From positions 1-38,857 of the forward strand of contig CBFGIV010000021.1 in NCBI GenBank assembly GCA_965648915.1: a stretch of 38,857 nt of DNA, read 5' to 3'. A program made the translations under genes and the position numbers. Source of the DNA: a candidate division WOR-3 bacterium. GTDB lineage: Bacteria; Hydrothermota; Tepidihabitantia; SM23-42; CAYGYG01. Shown one piece after another: positions 37,874-38,857 of this stretch (within the stretch, counting starts at the first letter, position 1; the number at the start of each line of letters is the position of its first letter). The notes beneath the pieces are model-generated. The model saw only the letters and a list, made by a program, of their open reading frames with translations, was not told the origin of the DNA and made no database searches.

Positions 37874-38185
37874 TTAATATTCCCGGGTCTTTATTCTCTT
37901 AACCATTTCTTCAAGGCCTGACATCACCGAGAGGATCGTTTCTTCCTTAATCCAATACACTCTTTCTCTGAACTTAACATCATACCTGACTAAATCTAAT
38001 TGGCGCAGCGATTTCAACACATGAGACACTGTTGAGATATGTACTCCTAAAATTTCAGAAAGCTCTACCGGTGTCTTCGCCCCCTTTTTGAGAATATGCA
38101 GTATCTCGTAAGCAGTGGGATTAGCAAGAACTCTGCAAATTCTTGACGCCCGATATCTCAATTCTGGAATTCTTTTTTTAACCAT
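37874..38185 (-). CDS. ArsR/SmtB-family transcriptional regulator
   Basis: RVLANPT..IL..L, ELSEILG..STVSHVLKSLR. ATG 38185 lies 6 nt after TTGACC-16-TACAAT. Confidence 0.88.
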   Translation of the reverse strand: MVKKRIPELRYRASRICRVLANPTAYEILHILKKGAKTPVELSEILGVHISTVSHVLKSLRQLDLVRYDVKFRERVYWIKEETILSVMSGLEEMVKRIKTREY

Positions 38186-38353
38186 TGTAATATTGTATCC
38201 TATTTTCACATTTGGTCAATTGACAAAATATGAAAATGAAAACGAATTGCAATGGATCGTGCTGAAATGCTGCATACAAGTATTGACATAGTTCTGGATT
38301 TCCATAATATTGAAGATAGGAGTTAGCGTCAAAAAGGAGAAATAATATTAGAT

Positions 38354-38857
38354 ATGACACGAAATGTAACCAGTAAAATAAAAAATAGAAAAAAATATGT
38401 TTTGAAGGCAAAAAAACTCGGTATCACGAATGCTCAAATAATTGATACCAAAACCATTATTGTTGCAAACTGGGTGAGGTTGAAGTGTCAGTATGGATGC
38501 AGTGGCTATAATAAATATCTTACCTGCCCGCCATTTTCACCAACACCGGAATATATGAAAAAGGTGATAAGTGAATACAAAACTGCACTGCTCTTGCAGA
38601 TTGAAAAGATTCCATCGGAAAAAGAAGACCAAATTTGGCAGAGATTCAAGCGCATAATTGTAAAATTAGAAAGGGAGATATTTCTTGATGGTTATTACAA
38701 AGCCTTTGGATTATCCACGGGTCCCTGCCATTTCTGTAAAAAGTGTGATACTACAAAAAGGTGCGTAAATCCTGATTTTGCCCGCCCTTCAATGGAAGCC
38801 TGCGGAATAGATGTCTATCAGACCGTTCGCAACAACGGCTGGACACTTGAAGTCGTC
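38354..38857 (+). CDS. DUF2284 predicted metal-binding protein (runs off the window end)
   Basis: WVRLKCQYGC..TCPP, GPCHFCKKC and ARPSMEACGIDVY. Open to the window edge. Confidence 0.88.
   Translation, partial: MTRNVTSKIKNRKKYVLKAKKLGITNAQIIDTKTIIVANWVRLKCQYGCSGYNKYLTCPPFSPTPEYMKKVISEYKTALLLQIEKIPSEKEDQIWQRFKRIIVKLEREIFLDGYYKAFGLSTGPCHFCKKCDTTKRCVNPDFARPSMEACGIDVYQTVRNNGWTLEVV

Noticed and set aside
1..38857. Genome-wide UGA reassignment; CRISPR array; rRNA
   Set aside because: Many complete genes end at TGA (selB, guaA, msrA, phoA), so readthrough is site-specific. No repeat-spacer array or rRNA was seen.

Overview
Bacterial chromosomal window from an anaerobe with an outer membrane. T9SS-type C-terminal domains, a TonB receptor and Sec machinery suggest a WOR-3/FCB-like lineage (inference only). 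From left to right: IS debris and an orphan RelE-like gene beyond the 3' end of tRNA-Sec; a ~16 kb minus-strand selenium island; then transport, stress and housekeeping genes. The island, in transcription order, holds a secreted FG-GAP/T9SS protein with an in-frame UGA (U-C motif), a 39-aa Cys protein, selD2(Sec), an FTR-like protein, a double-cubane reductase and its ATPase activator, a porin, a Na+/solute symporter, a SAM methyltransferase, selD1(Sec), yedE, a second porin, yedF, a Cys/Sec desulfurase, DUF3343, selB and selC. The rest includes a Liv-type binding protein, a TonB receptor cluster, fur-feoA-feoB, alkaline phosphatase, Zn-ADH, msrA, VIT1, mscL, purF-guaA, ArsR and DUF2284. Main finding: both selenium gene blocks are preceded by the same unannotated architecture. 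A short leader ORF has UGA at codon 17 followed by a SECIS-like hairpin. That UGA overlaps (AUGA) an SD-led ~70-codon bridge ORF ending 19-20 nt inside the first gene of the block. This looks like a selenocysteine-sensing translational switch. Many promoters have a 16-bp spacer and several imply leaderless transcripts.
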